Assembly: GCF_039654945.1 (NCBI RefSeq) | Contig: NW_027361671.1 | Coordinates: 84,258,001 to 84,322,000, forward strand | Length of the DNA: 64,000 nt | From: Dendrobates tinctorius | Taxonomy: Eukaryota | Direction of reading: 5' to 3' | Shown: piece by piece, positions 12,881 to 25,562 of the stretch | Layout of the letters: each line of letters starts with the position of its first letter | Position numbering within the stretch: position 1 is the first letter of the stretch | Notes under the pieces: model-generated | Database searches by the model: none | What the model was told of the DNA's origin: nothing | The model's input: only the letters and a program-made list of their open reading frames with translations | Position numbers and translations under genes: made by a program

Positions 12881-13873
12881 TTTAGCACCAAAAGTCACAA
12901 AAATGAAACGAATTTAAACTCCTCCACAAACCACTATTCAAGGGGGACTGAAATGAAACAAAGTGACATTTAGTAAAAGCAGCATTTCAGGAATCTGTCA
13001 AAAATATTTGGATAAGCTAACTAGTCAAGAGAAAAAAGAACTTAGTGTCGCAAAACTTAGAAAAAAAGGCGCACATACTGAAGCCACTAAAAAGGAGCAA
13101 ATTACCAGTCAGGCGACCGTAGAGATCAGAATACAGTGCTCGGACTGACCCAAGTGTGATGTGGCACAGACATACATGACAGTGTCACACTCGGGTCACC
13201 GCCAGTCCGAGCACTGCGCTCTGATTTATACGGCGTCTGACTGTGCCCTATTCGGAGCACGGCGTGAATCGGCAGTCAGCCCTTATATCACATCTGTGAT
13301 GTTCAGTGTAATACACGGAATTTGGATCCGCTCACCCACAGACGCGGAAAATTAAAAAATAAAAAATTTGAAAAACGATCATGATATTTCTCCTGGGCAT
13401 AAGATCACTGGGGGTCCGACCGCTTGGACCCCACCGATCTCGAGCTCCTGAATTGGGACAGTCATTCTTATGGGAGTGGTGAAGTCCAGCCGCTGCGCTC
13501 TGGTGCCTCCAGCAGTCACAGAGAATGAATGGAGCTCATCATTGATCACTCCTCTGATCAGAAGCTCAGGATCGGTGGGATCCCAGAGATTGATAAGGTC
13601 TCCCCTGTCTCAGGAGGATGTGGTCTGTGAATACCACTGTAAAGGGTTAATGCAAGTCATCACAGAGCTCAGGCTTTGTGGAGCAAACCTGCATCAAGAG
13701 CAGCATGAAACAACAGAGGATTTTCAGAAATTACAACAATTCTGCAGAGTGTGAACGTGACCCAGTGTGACGGCTCAGACCATGCGCACATCACTCGCGG
13801 ACAGCTGCGTACACCTGACACGTGTCTGTCAGCACCCCCAGGATTGCTCGTCACACGGCTGCATGCCACGTAC

Positions 13874-13984
13874 TTGATCGTCCTCATAGCAGATTTTGGC
13901 CGGGATTTCCTTACGGATTATTTTCCCGAATATGGTGTCCCCCCCAGGACGAGCCGCCTGGGCTTTGCTGATCTCCTCCGCCAT
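13874..13984 (-). CDS. HINT1: HINT1 coding exon 1 ([37 protein letters not shown])
   Basis: Recognisable HINT1 N-terminus ([18 protein letters not shown]); ATG at 13984, 111 nt, phase-0 GTACGT donor. Confidence 0.97.
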
Positions 13985-14275
13985 GACTGCAGTCCGGGTG
14001 ACTGACAGAGAGCACGGGGGCGTGCCTGCGGTGAAACCAACAGCTCCTAATCCTGCGACACGTCGGCGCTGGCCAATGTCGTCACGGGAGCGCATCTGTC
14101 CTCCATTTTGGAATTGGGAAAGTCTGGAAAATAAAGCGGACGTGTATGAGTTTCCCCTTTCTAAAATGACGCCCGACGAGCCACGCACACGACGCAACGA
14201 GGGGCGTGGTTATTACACTGAGCTGTGATTGGTGAGAAGCTTGAGTTTTCTGAGCTGGTGGAGGATGTGAGGGGC
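13985..14275. promoter_or_regulatory. Bidirectional HINT1/LYRM7 CpG-rich promoter and 5' UTRs
   Basis: 291 bp between divergent ATGs; CCAAT 14073-14077, ATTGG 14228-14232, GGGGCGTGG GC box 14201-14209, YY1-like CCATTTT near 14103; many CpGs. Confidence 0.8.
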
Positions 14276-14293
14276 ATGGATGGCAGAATGAAG
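14276..14293 (+). CDS. LYRM7: LYRM7 coding exon 1 (MDGRMK)
   Basis: GGCATGG Kozak context, 18 nt, GTGAGC donor, phase 0 matching exon 2; divergent from HINT1. Confidence 0.85.
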
Positions 14294-14615
14294 GTGAGCG
14301 GTGTCCTGACGGCGGTGTGTAGTGTGGGGCGTGCGTGGGCTCATGGTGGAGGACCAGTATAGAGGGAGAAGATATGTAGAAGGCTTATGAAGGGTCACTG
14401 GTTTAATTCAGCTGCTTTTTTTTTTTTGTCAGGCTGCACGAGTTTTTTCAAGACCCCAATTAAAATAAAAAACTATTTCCTCATCCAATATGGGCTCCAT
14501 GCCAGCTGGAGAGTGACGGTTGCAGCCGATCAACAGTGGCTCAGCAGCAGCAGTGTTTGTGCTAGCTCAGCGGACACGCACCCTGGCGGAATATTAATGA
14601 GCTGCGAATGCGCGG

Positions 14616-15104
14616 CGGGCTGCTGACTGGCTGCGCGGGGGGGGGCTGCTGACTGGCTGCGCGGGGGGGGCTGCTGACTGGCTGCGCGGGGGGGGGCTGC
14701 TGACTGGCTGCTGACTGGCTGCGTGGGGGGGGCTGCTGACTGGCTGCGCGGGGGCTGCTGCTGCTGACTGGCTGCGCGGGGGGGGGCTGCTGACTGGCTG
14801 CGTGGGGGGGGCTGCTGACTGGCTGCGCGGGGGGGGGGCTGCTGACTGGCTGCGCGGGGGGGGCTGCTGACTGGCTGCGCGGGGGGGGCTGCTGACTGGC
14901 TGCTGACTGGCTGCTGACTGGCTGCGTGGGGGGGGCTGCTGACTGGCTGCGCGGGGGCTGCTGCTGCTGACTGGCTGCGCGGGGGGGGGCTGCTGACTGG
15001 CTGCGTGGGGGGGGCTGCTGACTGGCTGCGCGGGGGCTGCTGCTGCTGACTGGCTGCGCGGGGGGGGGCTGCTGCTGACTGGCTGCGCGGGGGGCTGGTG
15101 ACTG
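14616..15104. repeat. G-rich minisatellite, unit about G(5-10)CTGCTGACTGGCTGCG(C/T), in LYRM7 intron 1
   Basis: Directly visible units with variable G-run length and variable CTG count. Confidence 0.93.
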
Positions 15105-16190
15105 GATGCATTTCCTTTCCACAGTGCTGCCGTGAGACTTAGCATTGTGCTGCCCATTGATGGCTCTGTATGTGGCTGCGTTATCTCTCAGCAGTGCAGG
15201 TTTGGGGTCTTTTACATGCTTGCCAGCTCCTCACTGGTGACGGCTTCATTCTCACAGGTGGTGATGTCCCCCGGCAATATCCCAACATGTGCTGTGGATG
15301 TGACATCTGCCATGTGTCTGTGTAAGGCTGCGGTCACACCACCGTGTTGTCTCTCCTTGAAGAAAAAATCGGTCAAATTCTGCTAATCGCACTCCGGTCA
15401 GTGTATGATCCGATTCTCTCCGATATAGAGAATGTGGGGGAAAAAACATTTCCTCATTGTGTCAGTCTGTGAAAAATTGTGTGCACTCTGATGTCATTGA
15501 AGTGCAGTCACCATCTACCTGTCTGATCAAGCTGCCCACCCAAACCCCTCATACCCCCAACTAACAGGCAACAGCCAAACACCCTGCTAACCCTAACATT
15601 GCTGTACTGCCTGTCCGTTCTCCAGTGAGTATATTTCTTGTCCTTAACTGAGCATGTACCGTGTTTAGGTAGCAGTATTGGCGCAATCAATTTTGGGGGG
15701 CAAAAATGATTGTGCTCTATTGTTGTATTGTTCTTGTGACTCAATGGAGGAGATTTATTAAGACGAGCATTCTGTCCACCAGTCTTTATAAAAATCATGC
15801 TTCATAAGGGGCACAAGCTATGTAACAAGTAGGAGACACCGTGTATGTGGTCTCTACTGTTGTATCTCATTATATTTTCATTGCTTTCCTAAGGAAGACT
15901 TTGGATGTCACACAGTATATCCAGTATGTCCTCTATTTGCATGGAGAGAAGAATGGACTACATTCTTAGCTTCTAGAGGGGGAAGGAGACTGATTTATTC
16001 ATAAAGCAGCATTTGTAGACTTTTGGTATAAAATGACACATTAGTGTGTGAATTGGTCCTGGAGCAGGTTCTTTTTGTAATAGTAAATAAGGGCATTTTG
16101 CCACAGTATTGTACCACTGCTCCTGGGGGTTTACTGCAAGGACCTGCTTGAGCGAGTAGCCAGCTTGTTACCCTGCATTGGCCTAATATT

Positions 16191-17358
16191 AGAATCATAG
16201 AATCGCAGAGTTGGAAGGGACCTCCTGGGCCATCTGGTCCAACCCCCTGCTCAAAGCAGGATTCGCTAAATCATCCCAGACAGATGTCTGTCCAGCCTCT
16301 GTTTGAAGACATCCATTGAAGGAGAACTCACCACTTCTCGTGGCAGCTTGTTCCACTCATTGATCACTCTAACTGTCAAAAAGTTTTTTCTAATATCTAA
16401 TCTGTGTCTCCTCCCATTCAGTTTCATCCCATTGCTTCTAGTCTTTCCTTGTGCAAATGAGAATAAAGTTGATCCTTCTACAATGTGACAGCCCTTTAGA
16501 TATTTGTAGACAGCTATTAAGTCTTCTCTTTTGCAAACTAAACAATCCCAAATTATGCAACCTTTCCTCATAAGACAGGGTTTGCAGACCGGTCACCATT
16601 CTGGTTGCTCTTTTCTGAACTTGCTCCAGTTTGTTGATGTCTTTTTTAAAATGTGGTGCCCAAAACTGGACACAATATTCCAGATGAGGTCTGACCAAAG
16701 AGGAGTAGAGGGCAATAATGACTTCACGTGATCTAGACTGTATGCTTCTGTTAATACATCCTAGAATTGCATTTGCCTTTTTTGCTGCTGCATCACACTG
16801 TTGACTCATATTCAGTCTGTGATCTATTAGTATACCCAAGTCTTTTTCACATGTGCTGTTGCTTAGCCCTATTCCTCCCATTCTGTATATGCTTTTTTCA
16901 TTTTTATTGCCCAGATGTAGTACTTTGCATTTTTCCCTGTTAAAAACCATTCTGTTAGTTGCTGCCCACTTCTCCAGTTTATTTATATCTTTTTGAATCC
17001 TCTCTCTTCTCTAGTATTAGCTATCCCTCCTAGCTTTCTGTCATCAGCAAATTTAATCAGTTTACCCTCAATTCCTTCATCTAAATCGTTGATAAAGATG
17101 TTGAACAATACAGAGCCCAGGACAGAGCCCTGTGGTACACCACTTGAGACATTCTTCCAACTGGATGTGCAGCCATTTACGACCACTCTTTGGGTGCGAT
17201 CACTAAGCCAGTTATGAATCCACCTAACAGTTGCCTTGTCCATTCCATACTTAGCCATTTTTTCAATAAGGATTGTATGAGATACTTTGTCAAATGCTTT
17301 GCTGAAGTCAAGATATATTATATCTACAGCATTTCCTTGATCCACCCAATCAGTGATT
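16191..17358 (-). mobile_element. 5'-truncated CR1 LINE (RT C-terminus and 3' tail)
   Basis: [22 protein letters not shown] and RPHLEYCVQFW motifs; ATTCTATG-type tail at 16191-16205; frameshifted. Confidence 0.95.
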
Positions 17359-17416
17359 GGCTCCACGCTTTTCCAGCCACAATGATCAGACTTGTTGTTT
17401 CCTGTAAATTTATCAG

Positions 17417-17489
17417 GTTCTGAAGCTTTTCAAGACCTTGCACAGAACAAGACAACACGTGTTCCAGGACGATGTGCGGGCATTAGACG
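17417..17489 (+). CDS. LYRM7: LYRM7 exon 2 ([24 protein letters not shown])
   Basis: tatcag acceptor, gtgagc donor, 73 nt; matches the LYRM7/Mzm1-like N-terminus ([12 protein letters not shown]). Confidence 0.95.
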
Positions 17490-17846
17490 GTGAGCGGGAA
17501 TTACTGAATGCACAATGGTTTTCTCTTATGTTCACGTTTGTGGATTTCATAGTAAACCGACAGTTGCGCCAAGGATAATTATAAAGTTCTGCGCAATTTG
17601 TTGGAGCTGAATAAATAAAATAATATGTACAAATGGATCATGGCCACTGCACTGTCATAAAAAGCCTGTACAATCTTTATGGCTCAATGCCACACATTTT
17701 CATAGCGTCTCCCCTCGATTCTCTTGTGCTATTACATGCCGTCTAGTAGAGTTACATCTATGGGTTATTGATTGGTAAAACTGGCTTTAGTGGGATGTTC
17801 CAACAGTGAGATTCCCTTGATTTGACTTGATTTTATGCAACTAGAG

Positions 17847-18031
17847 CAGTATTCCGCAACTCCAGTCTTCTATAGCCACCAATGGTCCGGTTGTAAGGAT
17901 TTCCTTAGTATCGCCCAGGTGGTGGAGTTATTGCCTGTGCAGGTGAGCAGATCTCACCTGTGCCATTCTAAGGGAAATCCTGAAAACATGACCTGCTGGT
18001 GGCTCTTGAGGACTGGAGTTGGGGAACACTG
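17847..18031. mobile_element. hAT-type MITE
   Basis: CAGTATTCC...GGAACACTG TIR with a perfect 8-bp TSD AACTAGAG. Confidence 0.85.
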
Positions 18032-18879
18032 AACTAGAGAGCGTTCGCTTTGACATTTCTGATTGACACATGTCAGAAGGTGGTCTCGTTCAGAGAAGCG
18101 TATTTTCTTGTCCATTTGCCAAACAGTCTAGGCAGAAGTAAATGCAAGCGAATGGTCTAATGGGCTAGTCCACGTGACTGTTTTTTGTTTGCTTGTTTTT
18201 ACATAAGGACATGGGTACGTCGCACGCACTATTCTGATTGTTTTTCAGATCAAACTCTCCCATTAACCCAAATCACGGGCAGCGCAAATCGGACTCTGGC
18301 TGCGGCATTTCAGAGTAAACATATTTTGAAAAGCCAACCAGACCTATGTATCCGAAATGAACTATTTTAGGGCAAGTTTCTTGCAGCTTCGACCCTCTTC
18401 CCCTTCCCTTGACAGACGGGGCAATCCCTGTATGTGTGTGTATATATTGAGAGGCCTTTCAGTCTAAGGGAGATGGGTGGGGAGAAGCCACCGGGGCCTC
18501 ACTCCGACTAGTCATTTGAGTCGCATAGTCCTCAGCCAGCTCTCCAAAATATGTTTTCTTTGAAGAAACTTTCACTGAGGGAGTGCAGGGCGCAGGATTC
18601 CGGGGCCATAACTGACGTGCATGGGAGGGGGTAGTATTATAATGGGAGGCAGGGATTTCTTACAGCACCGCACACCCCAGAGCCTGGAATAAATCATTAC
18701 CATAAAGACAGAATATAACATTTCTCCACAAGACCATTAATATGAGGTATACAGGTAGGACTAGTGTAACATTTCTATTACCTGTATGCCCATATTAATA
18801 GGTCATATACGTCCCGGGGGTGACAGGTTCCCTTTAACATCGTGTGACAGATAAAACCCAGTTGTTACTCCAAAAATTC

Positions 18880-19385
18880 CACCATGGGGTTTGAACCTGG
18901 TGCTTGAGGCACTGACCCGCTCGGCTTTCGAACCAATAGATTCTGTGTCAAAATCTTTGTTGAAACAATTCTCTTGGTGGCCCTAACATCTACTCCTAGG
19001 GTGACCTTCAGGCCTTGTTGTTTAGCATTCCCTTTATGCAGTCGCTGGGCATCAGATTTTTAGATGTTAGAAAATGGCTGATAAAATGTTTTAGCCTTAA
19101 GGCCATCGCAAAGGAATCATTAATAGTTCATCTGCTTCCTTGGTCCTAGGAAGGGTATGAAAGTTTCAAAGAGTATTTTGTCTAGATGGATGAGAGAGGC
19201 CACTAGTTAAGCCTATTCTTCAAGTGTTAACTGAGGTCCTCTCATGCTCTGCCATCCAACTGATTCGGGGGAGAGGTTCTGCCCTTTTTATTCTGTAGGT
19301 TTCCTGTCCTTGATGGGCAGATCCCCTTTCTCAGGTGGTGCTGTTATGGGCTATGGAAAATCCTATTACCAGTAAGTGATTTATT
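18880..19385 (+). mobile_element. Decayed DIRS 3' remnant (tyrosine recombinase fragment and ICR-like sequence)
   Basis: Reads LNLVLEALT..FEPIDS, LLVALTS, LDVRK, SKSILSRWMREA, homologous to the recombinase at 55121-55801. Confidence 0.7.
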
Positions 19386-19857
19386 CTTTTTTTAAGTCAC
19401 TGTAAATGTAACATAATGACGTGACTTGGATAAGGCTCATAATACAAGTCCAACTATTTAGCACAGGTAAAATAAGGTTTACATGAATATAAATCGGTGG
19501 TAGACCTCGGTCGATGTAGATTCAAGGATCTTTTTTAGCAATTTCATTTGTGGGTTTTTTTGTTATATGATCATATTTTTTTTTTTTAAACAATCCTTTC
19601 AATATTTGCTTATAATAAATGTACTCCATTATCAATGATAGCTGTTAATGCCTTCTCAAAAAAGAAGCAATATTAATCAGATGCTTGTTTTGTTGCTTCT
19701 GGATATACAGGATTGGTCTGTCAGTGTTGTGCGGCTGCCATTTTTCTTTGTGGCCGTTAGCTCTAGTGTTTATAAAGTTAATATGCCCTAATTGGATAGT
19801 GATACTACCCCTCTTCTTTACTCCTTGAGTTTACAGATTGGCTGTTTTATATTTCAG

Positions 19858-19928
19858 CTGCCAGGCAGAAAATCAATGAAGAATTCCGGAAGAATAGAAA
19901 TGAGAGTGCCCCTGAAAAAATATCTGAG
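19858..19928 (+). CDS. LYRM7: LYRM7 exon 3 (AARQKINEEFRKNRNESAPEKISE)
   Basis: tttcag acceptor, gtaagg donor, 71 nt, phase-compatible; AAR.KINEEF motif. Confidence 0.95.
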
Positions 19929-20633
19929 GTAAGGACCCTTTATTTCATCAGTCGGAGTTGTCAGATGGCAGGTTTTACCACAAAAACATCTGACTAAAAA
20001 AATCTTAAAACTCAGAAATTTTGGTTTGCACAAAGTCTCAAAACTTTTGTCCATGACTGTATATGTCAAAGCCTTATGTCACAAGTATAAGCCATGAAAT
20101 TCTACTACGAAAGTGTGAACGGTGACTAGACGGCTCATGTCCTTTCCTAACTATTATAATGAATCACAGTAGTTTCCTTACAGGAGAATTATGACTTTAT
20201 AAATTCTGTATCAAAATGCCAAGAGCTCATGGTCCATAGTGATCCTGTAATCAATCCTGCTAAAAGTTACTTTTAAAATGTAAACTGTATCTATTGCTCA
20301 GATGTTTTAAGTTTAGTTTGTCTGAAGTGCACCCCAGGACATCCTTTGTCTTCTAGGCTCTAGTTCTCAACCTATGGTACATGTTTCCCAGGGTGTGCAA
20401 AACATGTTTCTAGAAGTTCTTGTACGGTCTAGTAGAAGCAGCAAACTGTATGTATCGTAGTCTTGGGAGCATTTTTCTCAGAAATGCTATTTTAGTACAC
20501 AGATGAAGCATATGTTGGCCAAAACAATGTGATAACGGCATCTTGCTAATGTGTGCAAACTGTAAAGTGCTGCGGAAAATGTTAGCCCTATATAAAAATA
20601 AAGATTATTATCCTCTTTTTGAGCCAACCTTAA

Positions 20634-21080
20634 GGCCCCATCTCACATAGCGAGATCGCTAGCGAGATCATTGATGCGTCACCGATTTAGTGACGCAACA
20701 GCGATCTCGCCACATGTGACACATAGCGGCGACCGCCCCCCCCGCTGGATATCGCTGATCGTGCTCGAATGTCCTGGGCCATTTTTTCATCGTCGGCGTC
20801 CCGCTGGCCAGCATGCATCGCTGTGTTTGACACCGACGAGCGACCTCGTTGACGACGCAGAACTCAGGGACGCAGGCTGGAATTGTTCAGAATAGCTGCT
20901 GTGTGACAACGCACCAGCGATCCTTACCAGGTCGCATCGTTGTCGGGATCGCTGGTGTGTCTTTGAAGAGATCTGCCTGTTTGGCAGCTTACTAGCGACC
21001 ATGTAGCGACACACCAGCGATCCCTACCAGGTCGTATCGTTGTCGGGATCGCTGGTGCGTCGCTATGTGAAACGGGACCC
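20634..21080. mobile_element. MITE of the GGCCCC.TCACA/AGCGATC family
   Basis: TIRs with TWA flanks; internal similarity to 7770 and 40618. Confidence 0.72.
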
Positions 21081-21797
21081 TTAGTGTTATGTCTGTAGAC
21101 TGACAAGTGTCTTATGACCTGCTTAGTTGCCAACCCTGAAGGCTACATAAATAAGGGTTTAGTTAAAGGAAACCTGTCACCTGATTCTTGCTGCCCAGAA
21201 TGGAGGCAGCATGAATGAATGAAAGTTCGACTGCACAATTCTAGTCCAGTGTATATTTATGTAAAACACTTCAGTGTTCTAGAGAGAGTATGCTTTAAAT
21301 ATCCAGACCATATCCGGACACCAGACTAGGCTGGCGCCGCCAGCTTTTCCAGTCTTTCACCAGGGGTTAACAGGTCTCCTGCTCCAGCTGATTGACTGGT
21401 CAAGCGATAAACCAGTCAAAGAATAAGGCTGGGATCACACATGCGAGAAACTCGGGCACTGCCCCGGCACTCAGCCAGGAGCATGCGGCTGCATGTATTT
21501 ATATGCAGCCGCACTCTCCGCTCCCGAGTACCGGCGGCATTGCCGGGTATTAATATGCAAGACTTGTCAGAGTTTCTCTCAAGTGTCCCGGCCTTACATT
21601 CGCCATGCAGGTGAAGAAAAGAACACATCTCCAAAGGTCAGAAGAACAAGCTTTCTCCTCATTTCTGCACCTACTATGTGGTTTGTCAGAACTAAGTTTG
21701 ATTACAAACACATCCAGCTTTCAACTCAGCAGTCAGTAGGGAGGGGAGTAAAGCAGAATGAAGGTTCGATACAAATACCCCTGCATCTTTCCTCTAA

Positions 21798-24700
21798 GGC
21801 TACTTTCACACATCAGGTTTTCGGCGTCAGGCGCGATCCGGCGTCATGCCGGAATGCCGGATCCGGCAAATGTTTTGTAAAACCTGATGTGCCGGATCCG
21901 GTTTTCTGCCGAATCCGTCTTGTTCTTGACAGACAAAACCAGATCCGTCTCATCCGGTTCATCCATTTTTCTATCCGTTTTTCGACGGATTACGCCGGAT
22001 CCGGTTTTTAAAATTGACTCTCAAGGCAGAGTACACTGGCAGGATGACAGAGTGTGAAAGATTTGTGCCCTACCAAACTTGTGTACCTTCTGGACCAACA
22101 GTATATACCTTTGCCAACCAAGTTGGCTATCTTGTCATGGTCTACTATTTTTAGCTTTAGGCCACAGGTGTGTACCTGGTTGTGTTTTATGCAAAGTATT
22201 TCACCTTTTAACAAAAGTTGTGTACATTGGTAGGAAATCACCAACAATAAACACCACTTTTTAGGTGAAATACTTTGCTTCAAACACAACCAGGAACACA
22301 ACTGTGGCAAAAAGCTAAAATTTACCCACAGTTATATACCTGGTTTTGAATACCTTTTTACCTTTGAAATACCCTGTATTTAACCTTTTTTTTAAACATA
22401 GTTCGCCGCAGAAAGAAAAGACAGACAACCATTGTAAAACGATAATTTAACTTTTATTTAAAATTTTTTTTTTTTTGTAAAATGTTTTTAAAGTGCAAAA
22501 AACTTTTTTAATAAAGGTTTTAAACCCAATGGGCATTTTTATTAAAAAACACACATTACAAATCTGTGTAGTGTGGGGTGGAAATACTGCTGGAGGGGCT
22601 GCGGGACACTTCGACACTGGGTGTGTGGAGAGAGGACTGGGATCGTGGTGGGGAAGGAACAGTTAGAGGTGAAGGTGTGGAAAAAGCTACAGAATGGGTG
22701 GACATGTTGGAGGCAGAAGAGGTGGTGGGCGGTGGAGTGGAGGGTTGGGCAGGGACTGTAGGAGCAGATGATGTTGATGGAAAGTTGTACGGGGAAGGAG
22801 TTTGGTACGGGGAAGGAGTTTGGTACGGGGAAGGAGTTTGGTACGGGGAAGGAGTTTGGTACGGGGAAGGAGTTTGGTACGGGGCAGGTTGCTGGAAGTG
22901 GGGAGATGTCTGGTACTGGGGAGGTTGCTGGTACTGGGGAGGTTGCTGGTATGTAATAGGAGGGGGAGGATGGAAAGTGGCTGGAGGGGGTGCAGATGTA
23001 ATAGGAGGGGGAGGATGGAAAGTGGCTGGAGGGGGTGCAGATGTAATAGGAGGGGGAGGATGGAAAGTGGCTGGAGGGGGTGCAGGTGGAGGAACTACAG
23101 TGGTGGGAGGTGGAGGTTGGGAGGTAACCTGCTGTAGAGCACTGTGGCACGAATGCATTACATGCATCTGCTGGGTAGGAGATAGTGTTGCCATGCGCTC
23201 CACAACAGACCTGAAAAAGGTGTGGTTTGGCGAAAATCTTGTTTCTGAATGCATGGTTTGCAGAAGTGTCTTCACCTCCAGAATGCTGCAGTTGATCTGC
23301 TGAAAGCCTGCGGAGATTTGCTCTGACAAGACTTTTAGACAGTTCTGGAAAGATGCATTCAGATGCAAGAACTCTTGCGCATAACTCTTTTCCTGACCCC
23401 TCTGCCGCTGCCGCCCAGTACCCGCAGGTGTACTAGAGGTGGCAGGGGCAGAAGGGTGGGGTAAAGGGAAAGCGATCTCCTCACCAGCAGCTTCATGTAA
23501 TGTAGGCGGCCACGATGCTCCTGTGCTGGTGGATGGGACAGATGGGTCGAATGTGTGGGAAGGTGCAGATGTACCGGGGCGGTCGAAGTGTCCCTCGGTG
23601 CCGGTCTCCTCAGGGATCGCCTCAGAAGGGTCCAATCATGCAGGCTCCCGAGTGCTGCTCACCGTGCTGTGGAATAAAGAGGAAAAAAAAACAATTAAAA
23701 TACTGACATGGTATGGCCCTGGCTGAAAAAAAAAAGTTACATCTAACATTTTTTTTCACATGTGGTGTGTAAAATTTACCTTCTGGTGAGCATTGTTTCC
23801 CGGAGGAACGACAGGGCTTGTGCGTACTTGTACTTGCTCCTGCGTCCTCCAGATCCACTCGGGGCCCGCATCTCTTTATTGAACTCCTTCTTGAAACGAT
23901 CCCTCACAGACCGCCACCGATTCACAATTCTGTTCCCTGAAACGAGAAAGGAGTGGTTAGTATACAACATCAGTGTTTCACAAACTCCAGTCCTCATGGT
24001 CCCCAGGGGTCATGTTTTCAGGATTTCCATAGTAAATAGAAATCCTGAACACATGATCCGTGGGGACCACAAGGACTGGAGTTCGGGAAACACTGGTTTA
24101 CATCAAGCAACCGGTACTGTATATACTTACGCTCTTTAATCTGGGCCCGAACATCGAGGTCCTCCCAGCGGCCCACAAGGAGCGAACAGATTTCCTCCCA
24201 GAGTCGTCGGGTAACGATAAGGTCAGCGTGGCGGCGGTCAGCCATATTCCAGAGCGGCTCCCTTTGTCTGACGAGATCGATGAGGTGGTCCACATCGAGT
24301 CCTCCATCCTCACCGTCAGAGTCGGGAGCACGCTGTGAAGGCTGTTAAAGAAAAAGACAAAAATAACATAATTAGCCTCCACAAAAGAAATGAAATAAAA
24401 AGTGCAAAAAAACAAAGCAAAAATATTTATACTTACACGCTGGTGACCGCCGCGTTGCTGTCGCCGACGACCCTGGGAGGCACTGCGAGGACCTCTTGGC
24501 CGAGCACCAGATTGGGAAGACTAGAGAAAAAAACAAAAAATGTTATGTCTTTGGATGTAGGCATTTGTTTGCTGTGTGTGGTCTGCAGAACATTGTTTTC
24601 TATGTGTTGTGTGTAGTGTGATGTTGTGTTTCTGCGTTTGATGCAAAAAACTTACCAATTGTGAGCCCACTCCAGGTGTCTGTCCACCCCTTCCTTCTTC

Positions 24701-25562
24701 TTCTGGGAGCTCCTCTTCATCTTGTGATTCCTGTTTTGAAATAAAAGGCAATGAATAGACATATATTACAGAGATGATGGATTTTGGAAATAAAAACTTA
24801 CCGTCAAACGCTGACGATGCGAGGGAGGGCTCCCAGAAGAAGATGTGCTGTCCTGTTGATGGCCAGACTCCATGGCTGTGGGTATTGCTGCTGCTGTTGC
24901 TGCTGCCAGTGATGCCATTTCTGCTGCTGCTGCATCTCTTTGGCGGCTGTTGAATAAAGAGAAACAAAGGGCCAATGAATATCTTGATAATCCATGGCCC
25001 TAGTTTGGAGGAATGGGGGATTTGATAATTACCGTCTCTCATCTGCTGCTGGACTCCCCTCCTCAGCATGTTCCATTTGCTGCTCCATTTGGGGTGGTGC
25101 TGATGGTGCTGCTGCTGCAGATGTCTGCTGCCTTCTCCTGCTCCTGGTTCTTGGCTTGGGTGGCATGTTGGGTGTGGCTGAGGGTCCCATTGTCTTGCTT
25201 TTATATATCTCCTGTGGGCAGAGCTACTGAGCATGCTCAGACCAAAAAACCGGATCCGGCGCATTGCGGCGCTCATAGGCTTTCATTGTGTGAAAAAGCC
25301 GGACGCGCCGGATCCGGCGTGTCCGGCTTTTTCGCCGGAGACAAAAAACGTTACAGTAGCCGTTTTTTCCAGACGCCAGATCGCGACACATTGCCGGATC
25401 CGGCGAAAACCGGATGAAACGCATGGCCATCCGGCGCGATCCGGCGCAAATGCAAGTCAATGGGGGGGAAACCGGATCCGGCATTGCATTTCGCCGGATC
25501 CGGTTTCTGTCAAAAGCGCCGGATCGCGCCTGACGGCGAAAACCTGATGTGTGAAAGAGGCC
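21798..25562 (-). mobile_element. Non-autonomous PIF/Harbinger element carrying only a MADF/Myb-like gene (LYRM7 intron 3)
   Basis: About 46-bp TIR GGC(TA/CT)CTTTCACACATCAGGTTTTCG, TAA TSD on both sides, CCGGATCCGG subterminal repeats, no DDE ORF seen. Confidence 0.88.
22556..24918 (-). pseudogene. Six-exon MADF-domain gene of the Harbinger, one premature stop
   Basis: Exons ~24918-24802, 24730-24656, 24520-24437, 24341-24131, 23936-23780 and 23666-22556 are all GT-AG and in frame; LIDLVRQREPLW...RWRSVRDRF MADF motif; TGA at 23636-23638. Confidence 0.82.

Noticed and set aside
13985-14197. N-terminal extension of HINT1 in the 122-aa ORF
   Set aside because: HINT1 similarity starts at the ATG at 13984 in a good Kozak context; upstream sequence is promoter/UTR
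14530-15157. Pro/Gln/Ser-rich ORFs in three minus-strand frames
   Set aside because: By-product of a stop-free minisatellite; no splice or domain support
22578-23303. Gly/Trp-rich 241-aa plus-strand ORF
   Set aside because: Antisense shadow of the MADF gene repeats
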